The notes under the pieces were generated by a model that worked only from the letters and a program-made list of their open reading frames with translations, had not been told where the DNA came from and ran no database searches. The position numbers and the translations under genes are program-made. From an uncultured virus (IMG/VR IMGVR_UViG_3300017642_000062) (lineage: Duplodnaviria; Heunggongvirae; Uroviricota; Caudoviricetes), in IMG/VR virus record IMGVR_UViG_3300017642_000062: a stretch of 64,000 bases of DNA; one strand, given 5' to 3'. Below, in pieces: positions 16,901 through 25,346 of the stretch (within the stretch, counting starts at the first letter, position 1; each line of letters begins with the position of its first letter).

Positions 16901-17556
16901 AGTTCAGAATCGCTCATGTCCGTTGTTTTGGAAACGCCGGTCATAACGCTTTCAAATTCGACTGAAGCGTCAAGACACGCCATAAATGCGTCGTAGATCT
17001 CTTTCAGCGCCTTGGCGACTCCGGCGGCAACGAGTGCTTCGTGGACAGAGATAAATGCTTGGGAGGCTTTACTTCCGAAGTTGTCCGCTCCGTCAGCGAC
17101 GTCTTCCTGTTTCTTTTTGAGCTCATCGATCTTTCCTCCGAGGTCTGAGCTCTTTTTCCCGAGATCTGATGTGTCGACGCCAGCCTCCTTTAACGCAGCG
17201 CCCATCTGATTGAGTTTTTGCGTCGCGTTATCCAGAGAAGATGATGTCTTATCGATCTGAAGCTGTTTTGACAGCAGCTTATTTTGAAGATCTGCGGAAA
17301 ACTCCCCGGTTTCGCTGATTTCCTTCTGGATATTATCGTACTGCTGCTGAAGCACAGAGAGCTTTTGACGGGTAGCCTCTACCGCGCTCTGCTGCTTCTG
17401 GTACGCCGAAATATCAGACTGCGTTTTGCTGAGAGAGTCGATTTCTTTCTGCATGGCGACGATTTCTCGCTGCGCAGACTTGAACGTGCTGCTGTAGCTG
17501 CCGCCCAGTTGGGCGTTCAGCTGGAACAGCATCTCATATTCGCGTTTACTCGCCAT
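13939..17556 (-). CDS. Tail tape measure protein (TP901 family)
   Basis: 1205 aa Ala-rich helical; FESVMTGVSKT, LGNNFATTE core; TM segment; VGENGPEL. Confidence 0.95.
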   Translation of the reverse strand: MASKREYEMLFQLNAQLGGSYSSTFKSAQREIVAMQKEIDSLSKTQSDISAYQKQQSAVEATRQKLSVLQQQYDNIQKEISETGEFSADLQNKLLSKQLQIDKTSSSLDNATQKLNQMGAALKEAGVDTSDLGKKSSDLGGKIDELKKKQEDVADGADNFGSKASQAFISVHEALVAAGVAKALKEIYDAFMACLDASVEFESVMTGVSKTTDMSDSELSAMSDSIKELSTEIPVTTSELGAVAETAGQLGIAKDDLLDFSTVMAELGTATNMTSDEAATMLAQFANITQMDPSYYDELGSTIVDLGNNFATTEQRITEMAQGIAASGSLAGMSEADMAGLSAAVSSLGIETQMGSTSISTLISTLMTAVETGEDLDEYARIANMSADEFSKAWGEDAAGALASFVTGLSDTSRIGSSAIVTLNDLGITETRMQRTILSLSNSGDLLTNAISDANQAWSDNTALTTEAGKRYATTASQQTMMKDAYNNLKIAVGDNYTPVLQKLYAVEKDVLKGLTSFVEENPALVKAVGAFFAVLGTVIAALAAYTVAAKVAIAFSAAFATVTGAALWPILAVTGAIAGITAGIVALVSAANEGIPSVKELTEASRAMSETMDTATDTYNDTVTATLAAYNVADTYIDKLEEMQAAGINTNEEHKQYHNTLALLCQVVPELADSIDLETDTITGGTDALRANTEAWKQNAMQQAYQDQLTELYKSYSAVLVEAEENSIGLTKAQYDLDAANQKYSDTVNKMDSLYAEAATKAAEYNKEYSGMTDATNFLTQEYYDLENSLYDVNDEIYTAEKSAKNYQKAIDEDKESTEEAKEQIDLATEAVNNLMEATGEGADATAESAQQEKDLQAVIADVTSQMTQLSDAYAKAYDAAYESVSGQYDLWDEADKVVATSAGSINAALESQVTYWQNYNANLQALSDRSADIAGLSDVIASFADGSADSVNAIAGMAGASDEQLRAMVDNWKALQTEQSNASGSIADLKTDFTTTMNELQKELASDIDAMDLGAEAADSGKATIQGFINGATGLLPQVQAAYARVAQAAKNALSTGAGGTAGEIPGYAVGTQSAAPGFALVGENGPELVYFNGGEQVMTAEETEAAKNGYSASDLQAVAFSPRLLEYMAAMRGANSASADAGRGGESGGSSSLPPIQVVFQISGNASPSVVEELRKYGNEFSQMVLQVVEDANIDAARRAYR

Positions 17557-17717
17557 GTCTTACCCCCTCTTTCGAGCAGCTACAATTTTGTTGTTTTCTT
17601 CAATCCAATCGCCTAATGTGAAAAGCCGGCGCGAAAGCCAAAATGAAACAGGGGTGCTGTTCCCGCCGGCGAGAACGAGCACCTGATGCCGGAGCCATTC
17701 ACCGCCGTCTCCGGCGA

Positions 17718-18110
17718 TTACTCCGACAGAAGCAAAAAAGAGCGCGCCTTGCTCCTAATTTGGTTATATTCAGAAATGGGAAGAGCGCGAAGAACATCAA
17801 ATCCCACGCGCGGAGAGCTTGCCCTTGCGGCCATACGCATAAGATATCCGCCGGAGAAGGTGGGGACGATGACGGGCTTTCCGGCCGCCTGCATTTCTTC
17901 TTCGATGGACAGAGAATCGTCGCCGGTCAATTTCCCCCAGTTGAACGTGAGCGTTTCGTAGGTTTTCCCTTCATATTCAAACGGATTGCGGAAATGATGA
18001 ACATAGGTATAGATACTCTGCTCCTCGGCCTTTGCCGCTTCGTTTTCAGCAACAGAGAACTCACCGGCGTCGATGATGTCGGGCGCCTTGCCTTTAGATT
18101 CGTTACTCAT
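17718..18110 (-). CDS. Tail assembly chaperone (gpE/G-like); -1 frameshift product extends to 17560
   Basis: Between tube and TMP; T TTT TTG slippery site at 17739-17733 with open -1 frame. Confidence 0.85.
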   Translation of the reverse strand: MSNESKGKAPDIIDAGEFSVAENEAAKAEEQSIYTYVHHFRNPFEYEGKTYETLTFNWGKLTGDDSLSIEEEMQAAGKPVIVPTFSGGYLMRMAARASSPRVGFDVLRALPISEYNQIRSKARSFLLLSE

Positions 18111-18199
18111 AATGGAACTCCTTTCATCGGTCTTGATTCCAGACCGTAACGGTTCAAAAAATAGCCCGGAGCAGAAACAGTCCGCCCCGGGCGCTTATG

Positions 18200-18709
18200 T
18201 TACTTTCCGAGAGCTGTGCGAACGGGCGCGAGATAATCGACGCCGTTGATGTAGCACTTGACGTTCAGCGGGTCAATTTCCCGTGTTCTCTTTCCGTCAA
18301 CGAAGGTCGCCCAATACCGGACGGCATACTCTCCGGACCCGTCCGTCGGAGATGCCGGAGCCACAGAGCCCCCCTTGTCGGACTTGGGAATCACGACGTA
18401 AACGTGCTTGATGTTCTGCACCTTGATTTCTCCGGACACGGGGTCTTCAATCTGCTGGGCAACCCGCAGGTCGATATTGTGGCGGCGCGGTTCGGACAGC
18501 CGGATTTGCGCCTCACTGGTAGTGCGGAAGCTGAGCCCAAGCGACATGGCGTCGTAATGCCCGAGGATAACCGCTTCTACGTTGCCGGCAATGCCGGCTC
18601 CGGAGATAGACTGCGTCAGCGCGGTAAGATCGGGCTGGGTTACCTTGGCCATGCCGATGTACTCCACACTGTCCTCATAAACAGCAAAGTTGATAACACT
18701 CTGATCCAT
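18200..18709 (-). CDS. Major tail tube protein (P2 FII-like)
   Basis: INFAVY...ISGAGIAG...EIDPLN...INGVDYL. Confidence 0.92.
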   Translation of the reverse strand: MDQSVINFAVYEDSVEYIGMAKVTQPDLTALTQSISGAGIAGNVEAVILGHYDAMSLGLSFRTTSEAQIRLSEPRRHNIDLRVAQQIEDPVSGEIKVQNIKHVYVVIPKSDKGGSVAPASPTDGSGEYAVRYWATFVDGKRTREIDPLNVKCYINGVDYLAPVRTALGK

Positions 18710-18724
18710 GTATTAGCCCTCCTT

Positions 18725-20149
18725 TCAGGACTGCAGCGCACTGGCGACGTAGTTGGCGTCATATTCCAGCACGAAGTCGATTTCTTTTGCGGGACTTGCC
18801 GGGGTCAGATAAATGTGAATCTTGATGATTCCGGCCATCAGGTTCGTCAGCGGGTTTTCGCTCTCCACCATTTCCGCGCGTCCGCCAAGCAGGTAGCCTG
18901 CGCCGACCAACCCGCCGATCCAGATGTTCCCGGAGTCCAAGATGGTATCAATCAGACGCCGGTTCATGGGCTTATCCAGCTTGCTCCAGAAAGAGCGAAT
19001 CAGGCTGTTTCCAACCCAGTCAAACATCCGGGACACAGGAATGAAGTAATCCTTGACGTCGGTGTTGGCCGGGTAGCAGGCGGTTTCATTGCCCCAGAAC
19101 GTCCATCCGCCCATAAAGTTCAGCGCCGTTCCAATTCCGTTTGCGTTCAGGATATTTGCCTGCGCCAGCGTAAGGTTTACCTCTGTTCCGCTTTCCAGCA
19201 TCATGCGGTCGCACTGGAAGTTCTTATTGGACGGGGACTCGTAGGGGCAGCCTCCGTTTCCTGTGTCAACCTGCGCCATCAGACCGGCGAGCTGGGTGCT
19301 CATATGGAATTTGTAGCTTCCAAGGCCGACCATCGGCCAGCACAGGATCTCGTTGGTGTCGATGAAATTGCTGCTCTTCTTCAGAGCAATGGCTCCGGTA
19401 TAGTCCGTAGCGCCTCCAGAAGCGGAGCTGATATCGATCAGGGCCTTTGCTCTGAACATACCGTTAATACCGTCCGCCTTGGTCGCCATTACAGCGGCGA
19501 CGGTGGTAGCATCGGAGAACCCAGGGGCGCAGATCAGATCCGGGACCACGCCAAGAGTTGTCATGCAGAGTTCGATGTTTTCCATGGCGGATGCAACAAT
19601 AGCTTCGGTCACAGAAGCCGGCGTGACTTTCCCGTAGGCAACGCTGATTGCGGATGCGTCATAACAGGCTCCGGTAGAAATAGCCTCGATGATCAGATAC
19701 TCGCCATCGTAGTAAGTGCTGTAGTCGTTCCCCTTGACATAGGCCGAACCGGTCCCGCCGGCTGCCTTCACGACCAGAGTGGCGTCATTGATGGCCTCAA
19801 TGGGGAGCTTTGCTTTATGGTCTGTCATCGTCACGTCGGCAGCGGATACCGTAGACTTCATGGTTGCGACGTCCAGTACGTTGCAGAAGATAACAGGCTG
19901 GCAGCCGAACAGCTTGAAGTGCGAATACATGAATTCGCAGAGGGGATAGTTCCCCCAGTTATCGGAATAGCCGAGTTTTTCAACCGCCTCCGCCCAATTG
20001 GTGCAAAGGACGGGAACCCCGACAGAAGCCGGAGACTCGGCGCTCTGAACAGGAGCCGGACCGACTACGAAGGGTACGCCGGAATTGGCGACGACGGGCG
20101 TGCTGACGCTCGTTGCCTGTTCAGAGACAAATACGCCGTGATTTGCCAT
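18725..20149 (-). CDS. Tail sheath protein
   Basis: HGVFVSE, PDLICAPGFS, PYESPSNK, FIPVSRMFDW, EFVLEYD-type end. Confidence 0.95.
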   Translation of the reverse strand: MANHGVFVSEQATSVSTPVVANSGVPFVVGPAPVQSAESPASVGVPVLCTNWAEAVEKLGYSDNWGNYPLCEFMYSHFKLFGCQPVIFCNVLDVATMKSTVSAADVTMTDHKAKLPIEAINDATLVVKAAGGTGSAYVKGNDYSTYYDGEYLIIEAISTGACYDASAISVAYGKVTPASVTEAIVASAMENIELCMTTLGVVPDLICAPGFSDATTVAAVMATKADGINGMFRAKALIDISSASGGATDYTGAIALKKSSNFIDTNEILCWPMVGLGSYKFHMSTQLAGLMAQVDTGNGGCPYESPSNKNFQCDRMMLESGTEVNLTLAQANILNANGIGTALNFMGGWTFWGNETACYPANTDVKDYFIPVSRMFDWVGNSLIRSFWSKLDKPMNRRLIDTILDSGNIWIGGLVGAGYLLGGRAEMVESENPLTNLMAGIIKIHIYLTPASPAKEIDFVLEYDANYVASALQS

Positions 20150-20161
20150 AGTAGTTCCTCC

Positions 20162-20527
20162 TTACTTTTTCTTTCCGGAGATCAGCTGATGGTAGTATAC
20201 ATACAGCAAATTTCCGGGCCTTTTAACTTTGATGCGGTCTACGGGAAGCGTATCTCCCGACACGACAAGATGCGCAATCTCGGGATAACGCTCCACGGCG
20301 GGAGCGATAGACGCGAGCGCGTTTTTCACGCTTCCTGTATAAACCGTGCCGGATTGAATGACGCCGAGAATGGTCGGTCCGATGTAAACACAAAACCCGG
20401 CGGAATCACCGTCGGGCTGCGTCTCATCGGAAGGCGTCGCGTTTTCTTCCGCTGGTAAAATAACTGCGGTTTCCTCGGCGGGAATCGCGTTTTCATCCGC
20501 CGCGGTCGTGGTTTTTTTGGTCGCCAT
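20162..20527 (-). CDS. Hypothetical neck-region protein
   Basis: CVYIGPTI motif; structural operon context. Confidence 0.7.
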   Translation of the reverse strand: MATKKTTTAADENAIPAEETAVILPAEENATPSDETQPDGDSAGFCVYIGPTILGVIQSGTVYTGSVKNALASIAPAVERYPEIAHLVVSGDTLPVDRIKVKRPGNLLYVYYHQLISGKKK

Positions 20528-20529
20528 AG

Positions 20530-21015
20530 TCAAACCTCTCTTTCAATTGCCGGGAGAATCCATGTGCTTGCCATCTCCCCGGCGAAGAATGGGGCGGTGT
20601 CCTCTGGGTAGATCATTGCTTCCAGTCCGGCCTCGAGGTCGAGTTGATACCGGTTCCCGATAACAACTCTGCGCAGCAGGGCAATGCGCAGCCGCTCCTG
20701 AAGGTTTAAAAGCATCAGGCTTCCTTCCTGCTCATCGTCGTTATACACGCAGAAAATGGAGCGAACGACAGCGCGGGCGTTTTCGCGCGACCCTGACGGT
20801 TGCGTGTCCTTGCTGGTGATCAGCTGGTGGATGATGTACGGTGCTTTCTTCTTTGCGGACTTGCTGTCTGGGAGGCGCATCAAATATACTCCGGCCGCAC
20901 GGTCTGGAAGCTCCGCGGCTCCGTCCTCCGCCTGACGCTTTACAGGCATAAGAAGATCCGCGGTCACTTCTTCTGTAACCGCGCGCAGCTGATCTAACAG
21001 GTCATTTCGTGTCAT
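20530..21015 (-). CDS. Putative tail terminator / neck protein
   Basis: Position between gpZ-like gene and sheath. Confidence 0.6.
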   Translation of the reverse strand: MTRNDLLDQLRAVTEEVTADLLMPVKRQAEDGAAELPDRAAGVYLMRLPDSKSAKKKAPYIIHQLITSKDTQPSGSRENARAVVRSIFCVYNDDEQEGSLMLLNLQERLRIALLRRVVIGNRYQLDLEAGLEAMIYPEDTAPFFAGEMASTWILPAIEREV

Positions 21016-21020
21016 ATCGA

Positions 21021-21596
21021 TTAGCCTCCCCAGCCGTTTAGAACGCGGCTGATCTCATGGTCGATGCGCGTTTCATAGGTGCTTAGAATGGCGTCGTTCA
21101 TTTTGTCCACCGTTTCCTCGTGTGCGTAGAACGCCTGAACCGCCGACGGGCCGAACATCTCAGCAACCGGGAACCGCTTTTTTGTTTCCCGCTCAAACAC
21201 TCCGGTATGGCTGCCCATGTGGGCAACGAAGGCGTGATCCAGTTCTTTTCTGGTGCTGGAGCGGAGGACGCGCGTCGATACGACTGCGCCATCCGTATAG
21301 TGCGTATCGAACCGAATCAGTGGAATCACATTCCCGCGATATCCGAATGTTACGGAGTAAGATCCTCCGCTATCCTTTTCTACCGCGTTGATATTCCGAG
21401 TCCTGGACTTGAGCTCCCCGGAGCTGATGGCATACTCCTCGGATACGATTTTCATGCCAACGGTAAGCCCGTGCTGTGCAGATCTCTTCACTGCGCTTCC
21501 GACCGCACGGTACACGCCATCCGGAATCCCGGCGAGCAGTTTTGTTGCCCGGTCAAGCCCAAATTCGCCAACCTCGTCAAAGTAAACTGTGCTCAT
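21021..21596 (-). CDS. Minor tail protein Z-like
   Basis: AFVAHMGSHTGVFER...FGPSA...RIDHEI. Confidence 0.8.
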   Translation of the reverse strand: MSTVYFDEVGEFGLDRATKLLAGIPDGVYRAVGSAVKRSAQHGLTVGMKIVSEEYAISSGELKSRTRNINAVEKDSGGSYSVTFGYRGNVIPLIRFDTHYTDGAVVSTRVLRSSTRKELDHAFVAHMGSHTGVFERETKKRFPVAEMFGPSAVQAFYAHEETVDKMNDAILSTYETRIDHEISRVLNGWGG

Positions 21597-21961
21597 TCGT
21601 CAATCGCCTCCAGTTCCACCCGGAGCATTCCCAGCTCGCAAACAGAGGAGGCGACGTAGAATTCACGAAAGAATCCTCCGCCGCCTTCCTCATCGTTGAT
21701 GCTGATACGCGTACCCCTTTCAGGCTGTTTCCCTCCCAAATCGGAACGCGCGCAATGCAGGACAGATGACACAATGTACAGTCCCTGAACATGGTCGGAC
21801 ACGAGCTGGCGCCGATCCTTTTCCTTCAGACCGGTGAGGACTGCAGGAATGTCTGCATAGCTTTCTCCATCATATTTGACAGTTCTCAGCTCTGCAAACT
21901 CTCCCAAGTTCAGAAACACCTTTTGATTGTCGGAAGCGACCATGTCCTTGAAGCCGCTCAT
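21593..21961 (-). CDS. Head-tail joining protein
   Basis: FKDMVASD...VFLNLGEFAE; neck position. Confidence 0.7.
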   Translation of the reverse strand: MSGFKDMVASDNQKVFLNLGEFAELRTVKYDGESYADIPAVLTGLKEKDRRQLVSDHVQGLYIVSSVLHCARSDLGGKQPERGTRISINDEEGGGGFFREFYVASSVCELGMLRVELEAIDE

Positions 21962-22446
21962 ACCACGGGTTCAGCCGCGCCGGTAACGGGTGGCTCCCCT
22001 TCCGTTTCGTCGTCCTGAACCTCGACCGCAGCCAGAACGTCCACATAATCCGCCTTTTTCTTGCACTTGCTGACATCGGCTCCGAGATCAGCGGCCAGCT
22101 TTGCGAGGTTCGGAATGGTCATAACGGAAAGGCTTTCTGCGGTGAAGTGACCGTCTGCGATGTCAAGCGTGTCACCGCCGTTTTCGTGCCCCTGTGCGCC
22201 GTCGTTCCCATTGGGCGTTCCACTGCCTGCCGCACCGTCGGTATTGCCGCCAGACGGCGTTGCAACGGGCGTGGTGCCCTGTTCCTCGCATACGTCGCCG
22301 ATGCAGAGTCCAATTCCGAGATTGGTAAGGCGCAGCGCCTCCTCGTCGGTTACGACGCACAGCGTTCCGGCATGGGCGGGTTCAATAAATTTAGCGCCCT
22401 GCGGCTTGTAGCCGTAGACGCCATTGATGATTTTAACCTGCTTCAT
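21958..22446 (-). CDS. Hypothetical protein after capsid (C-terminal Rho_N/SAP-like helix pair)
   Basis: LSVMTIPNLAKLAADLG...KKADYV. Confidence 0.65.
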   Translation of the reverse strand: MKQVKIINGVYGYKPQGAKFIEPAHAGTLCVVTDEEALRLTNLGIGLCIGDVCEEQGTTPVATPSGGNTDGAAGSGTPNGNDGAQGHENGGDTLDIADGHFTAESLSVMTIPNLAKLAADLGADVSKCKKKADYVDVLAAVEVQDDETEGEPPVTGAAEPVV

Positions 22447-22471
22447 AGCTGTCTCCTTTCAGCGGCTGGTA

Positions 22472-23545
22472 TTAACCAACCACGTTTGCGGCGTACATCC
22501 AGGGAGCCTTCTGCTTGGGGGCTGCCAGAGGGCGGGACGCCACGCGCAGCTTGCGGATGTCATGCTCTTTATCCACGGTGAACTTCGGAACGCGCTGCAT
22601 GGCAAAGGTGTGGAATTCCCCGTCATCCTCGATCTGGCTGACCTGACCATACATCATGTGTCCACAGTCGGGCGCGGTGACCATTGCGGATGTGGCGGGG
22701 AACAGGCGCTGAGAAGTGCCGCTCTGGTCAACGACCGTCTCCCGGACAACGTAGATGTCGAGGTCTACTCCGCCAAAGTTCAGGCGGCCGAGCCAAGCCA
22801 CGCCGGGATAGTTGGTAACGTGGGGAGCGATCTGGCCGTACTCCATACGTTTGTTGTCCAGAAGCTTTGCCAGCTTTTCGTTGCTCTGAATGAACTGGCC
22901 AACAGTGGTGCCGACAATCAGATCAGTTGCGGGCAGTCCGCGGTCCAGCAGGTCGCCGGCCATAGCCGAAACATCCGCCATGAAGTCGCCGCCGGTTGCG
23001 TCCCACTTCGTGGACACGGTGTAGATTGCAGGGTTGCTTCCGGTCGCGTCATAGTAGAGAACGTCGTAGGTTTCGCCTACGGTGTTATTGTCCATGTAGG
23101 CGGTCATGGTGCATCCGTTGTTGATCATGGTCTGCACAGCCATCCATTCCTCGCGGCGCTGAATGCGGCGGGACAGATCGGACAGATCCTGAATCTGCAG
23201 CGCGCGGGCGCGCTCGGCGGGAGTGCTGTTTGCGAACAGCGCTTCACCGAATCCGCGCTTCTGGAGATCATCGAGGGTCAGCAGGCGAGACGGTGCGATG
23301 TAGGGCGGTTCAAACTCGTGGATTTCATAGCCGGTGCGGGAGATCGGAATGTCGCCGGCGCGCCGGACGACAAACGGAGCCATCTTGCGGTCGCCGTCAC
23401 GGTACTCAACAAGCACCTTGTCGGCGGCAAAAATATCGGTGCCGGGCATTGTGGAAAAATAACGGTCGTGGAAAAACGTCTGGGGAAGCACGATTTCCTG
23501 AATCATGCCAGCCATGTAGTAGGTATTAAAAACGCTGATAGGCAT
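22472..23545 (-). CDS. Major capsid protein, lambda gpE family
   Basis: FFHDRYF, KMAPFV, IQRREEWMA, ASRPL motifs. Confidence 0.93.
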   Translation of the reverse strand: MPISVFNTYYMAGMIQEIVLPQTFFHDRYFSTMPGTDIFAADKVLVEYRDGDRKMAPFVVRRAGDIPISRTGYEIHEFEPPYIAPSRLLTLDDLQKRGFGEALFANSTPAERARALQIQDLSDLSRRIQRREEWMAVQTMINNGCTMTAYMDNNTVGETYDVLYYDATGSNPAIYTVSTKWDATGGDFMADVSAMAGDLLDRGLPATDLIVGTTVGQFIQSNEKLAKLLDNKRMEYGQIAPHVTNYPGVAWLGRLNFGGVDLDIYVVRETVVDQSGTSQRLFPATSAMVTAPDCGHMMYGQVSQIEDDGEFHTFAMQRVPKFTVDKEHDIRKLRVASRPLAAPKQKAPWMYAANVVG

Positions 23546-23563
23546 ATTCTTGTCCTCCTTCTC

Positions 23564-23965
23564 TTAGTCGAACAGCTCGGCAAGGTACAGGCCGCGCTCG
23601 CGCAGCTTGTCGATGTCGGCCTGGGTGATGGTGTAGTTCCCGGAAACGATCAGCGCGTCATTGTTGAAGCAGCCGGCAACATAGACGGCGGCATTCGTGT
23701 CCGCGGAGGTCCCGATTTCCTCATCGTCGCAAAGGATGCAGTCCGGAGTCAGGGTTTCGTTGCTTGCGGCGGTGGTGCCGAGGATCTTCAGCTTCCCGTC
23801 TCCGCCGGTGCCGGAGCTTCTGCACAGTACAGTGCCGCGCTTATACGTCGCGGCGGTTGCCAGTTTTGTGATGATTCCGGATGCCACCTTAACGGGCGGC
23901 GTCATGCCGACAATCAGCTTGTCGAAGGACATAGAATCGACTTTGTCGTTGAGATGCTTTGCCAT
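23564..23965 (-). CDS. Head decoration protein, lambda gpD-like
   Basis: YKRGTVL...ILCDD...VYVAGCFN...LRERGLY. Confidence 0.85.
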   Translation of the reverse strand: MAKHLNDKVDSMSFDKLIVGMTPPVKVASGIITKLATAATYKRGTVLCRSSGTGGDGKLKILGTTAASNETLTPDCILCDDEEIGTSADTNAAVYVAGCFNNDALIVSGNYTITQADIDKLRERGLYLAELFD

Positions 23966-23966
23966 G

Positions 23967-25346
23967 TTACTTCTCCTCCTTATCGGTCTTATTCAGAGCC
24001 TTCGCGTCTGCGCGGCCCTGTGCCATAAGCTGCTGCGGGGTGAGGTCTTTTCCGTCTCCTGCGCCGCCGGCTCCGGTGCTTGCCGCACCGGCGACATTCT
24101 GAGCTCCGGATTTGCTGGCGTCAGCCTCAAGGTTGGTCAGAAATGCCTTGCCCTGCTGAGTGGCTTTCTGCGCAGCGCGGAAGGTCATCTCCTGGGCGGT
24201 GCAGGCATTGTCGCCATACTTTGCGGCGTTGACCGTTTCCGCATCGAACAATCCGGCTACTGCGTCGATATCCTGCAGTCTCTGACGTTCTGCGGCGGCA
24301 GGATCGGGAGTGCTGGGAGTCGCGGGAGTGGAAACCGCCGGGGTCGCCGGCGTAGTCTGCGCCGAAGGGGCGCTGGGTGTAGCGGCTGCGGCGGGGGAAG
24401 CAGCCGCGGGCGCGGCAGGTGCTGCAGCAGCCGGCGTAGCGGCGGCAGCTCTGGCCTCGGCCATCAACTGTTCTGCGAGTTGCGGATTCTCTTTCCGCAG
24501 TTCTTCAAGGGTATTTGCCATGGTTTTTCCTCCATTCTGGCTGCCGGTCTGTGCCGGCTGGTTTTTATTTGTCTTAACCGCGGCCGAGGCCTCGGGTTTG
24601 ACCGTTGGAATATTGTCGGGAACGAACATCCCGGGAGAGAGGTGCATCTGTCGACCGTGAACAATCAGGGACCGGCCGTCCGCGCTTGCGGAAATGTCCA
24701 GCGGATCGGCGTCCTCCATGAGTTCGTCCGCGAAGCCCTTTTCTACGGCTTCCTTGCCTGTCATATAGGTCGTTTCTGCCATCAGGTGGCTGATTACGGT
24801 ATCGGAGAGGTTGCACTTTCTCTTGTAAATAGACACCTGAGATTTGTCCCACGCATCATTCGAGTTTGCCATTTGACGCAGTTCGTCGGCGTTATATCCT
24901 CCGCACACACTGCACCAGCATTTGTGAATCATGACAAGACTGGACGGGTTAACTCGCACTGTATCGCAGGCGCACATGATCAGGCTGCCGCCGCTCATGG
25001 CGACACCGTCAACAATGCATACCAGCTCTGTACCTTTGGCAGCAAGCTCCCGAAGCCTGTTGTGGATAAGGATAGAAACGCCGGCGTCTCCGCCGAGGCT
25101 ATCCATCCGGATGGTGAGCTTTTTACACCCGGACACCGAGGTCAGGTCATCCAGAAACTCGTTTTCGAGAATGAACTGTCCTTCAATCGGCTTGTCTGTC
25201 CACCAGTCAATGGGCTGCGTTTCTACGATTTCTCCGTACATTGTGATTTCGGCTTCGTTTCCGTTCACTGACGCCATTGTGTAACACGGTCTCTCGATCT
25301 TTACGGCCTTTGATGGCCGCGCAAATGGAAATTTAGCAAAAGGCAT
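23967..25346 (-). CDS. ClpP-type head maturation protease with C-terminal scaffold
   Basis: DSLGGD, DGVAMSGGSLI, LVMIH, ETTYMTGKEAVEKGFAD; nested RBS+ATG at 24521. Confidence 0.92.
   Translation of the reverse strand: MPFAKFPFARPSKAVKIERPCYTMASVNGNEAEITMYGEIVETQPIDWWTDKPIEGQFILENEFLDDLTSVSGCKKLTIRMDSLGGDAGVSILIHNRLRELAAKGTELVCIVDGVAMSGGSLIMCACDTVRVNPSSLVMIHKCWCSVCGGYNADELRQMANSNDAWDKSQVSIYKRKCNLSDTVISHLMAETTYMTGKEAVEKGFADELMEDADPLDISASADGRSLIVHGRQMHLSPGMFVPDNIPTVKPEASAAVKTNKNQPAQTGSQNGGKTMANTLEELRKENPQLAEQLMAEARAAAATPAAAAPAAPAAASPAAAATPSAPSAQTTPATPAVSTPATPSTPDPAAAERQRLQDIDAVAGLFDAETVNAAKYGDNACTAQEMTFRAAQKATQQGKAFLTNLEADASKSGAQNVAGAASTGAGGAGDGKDLTPQQLMAQGRADAKALNKTDKEEK

Noticed and set aside
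18197..25271. Long + strand ORFs (753, 534, 524 aa)
   Set aside because: Antisense shadows of sheath, tube, capsid and protease genes caused by codon bias
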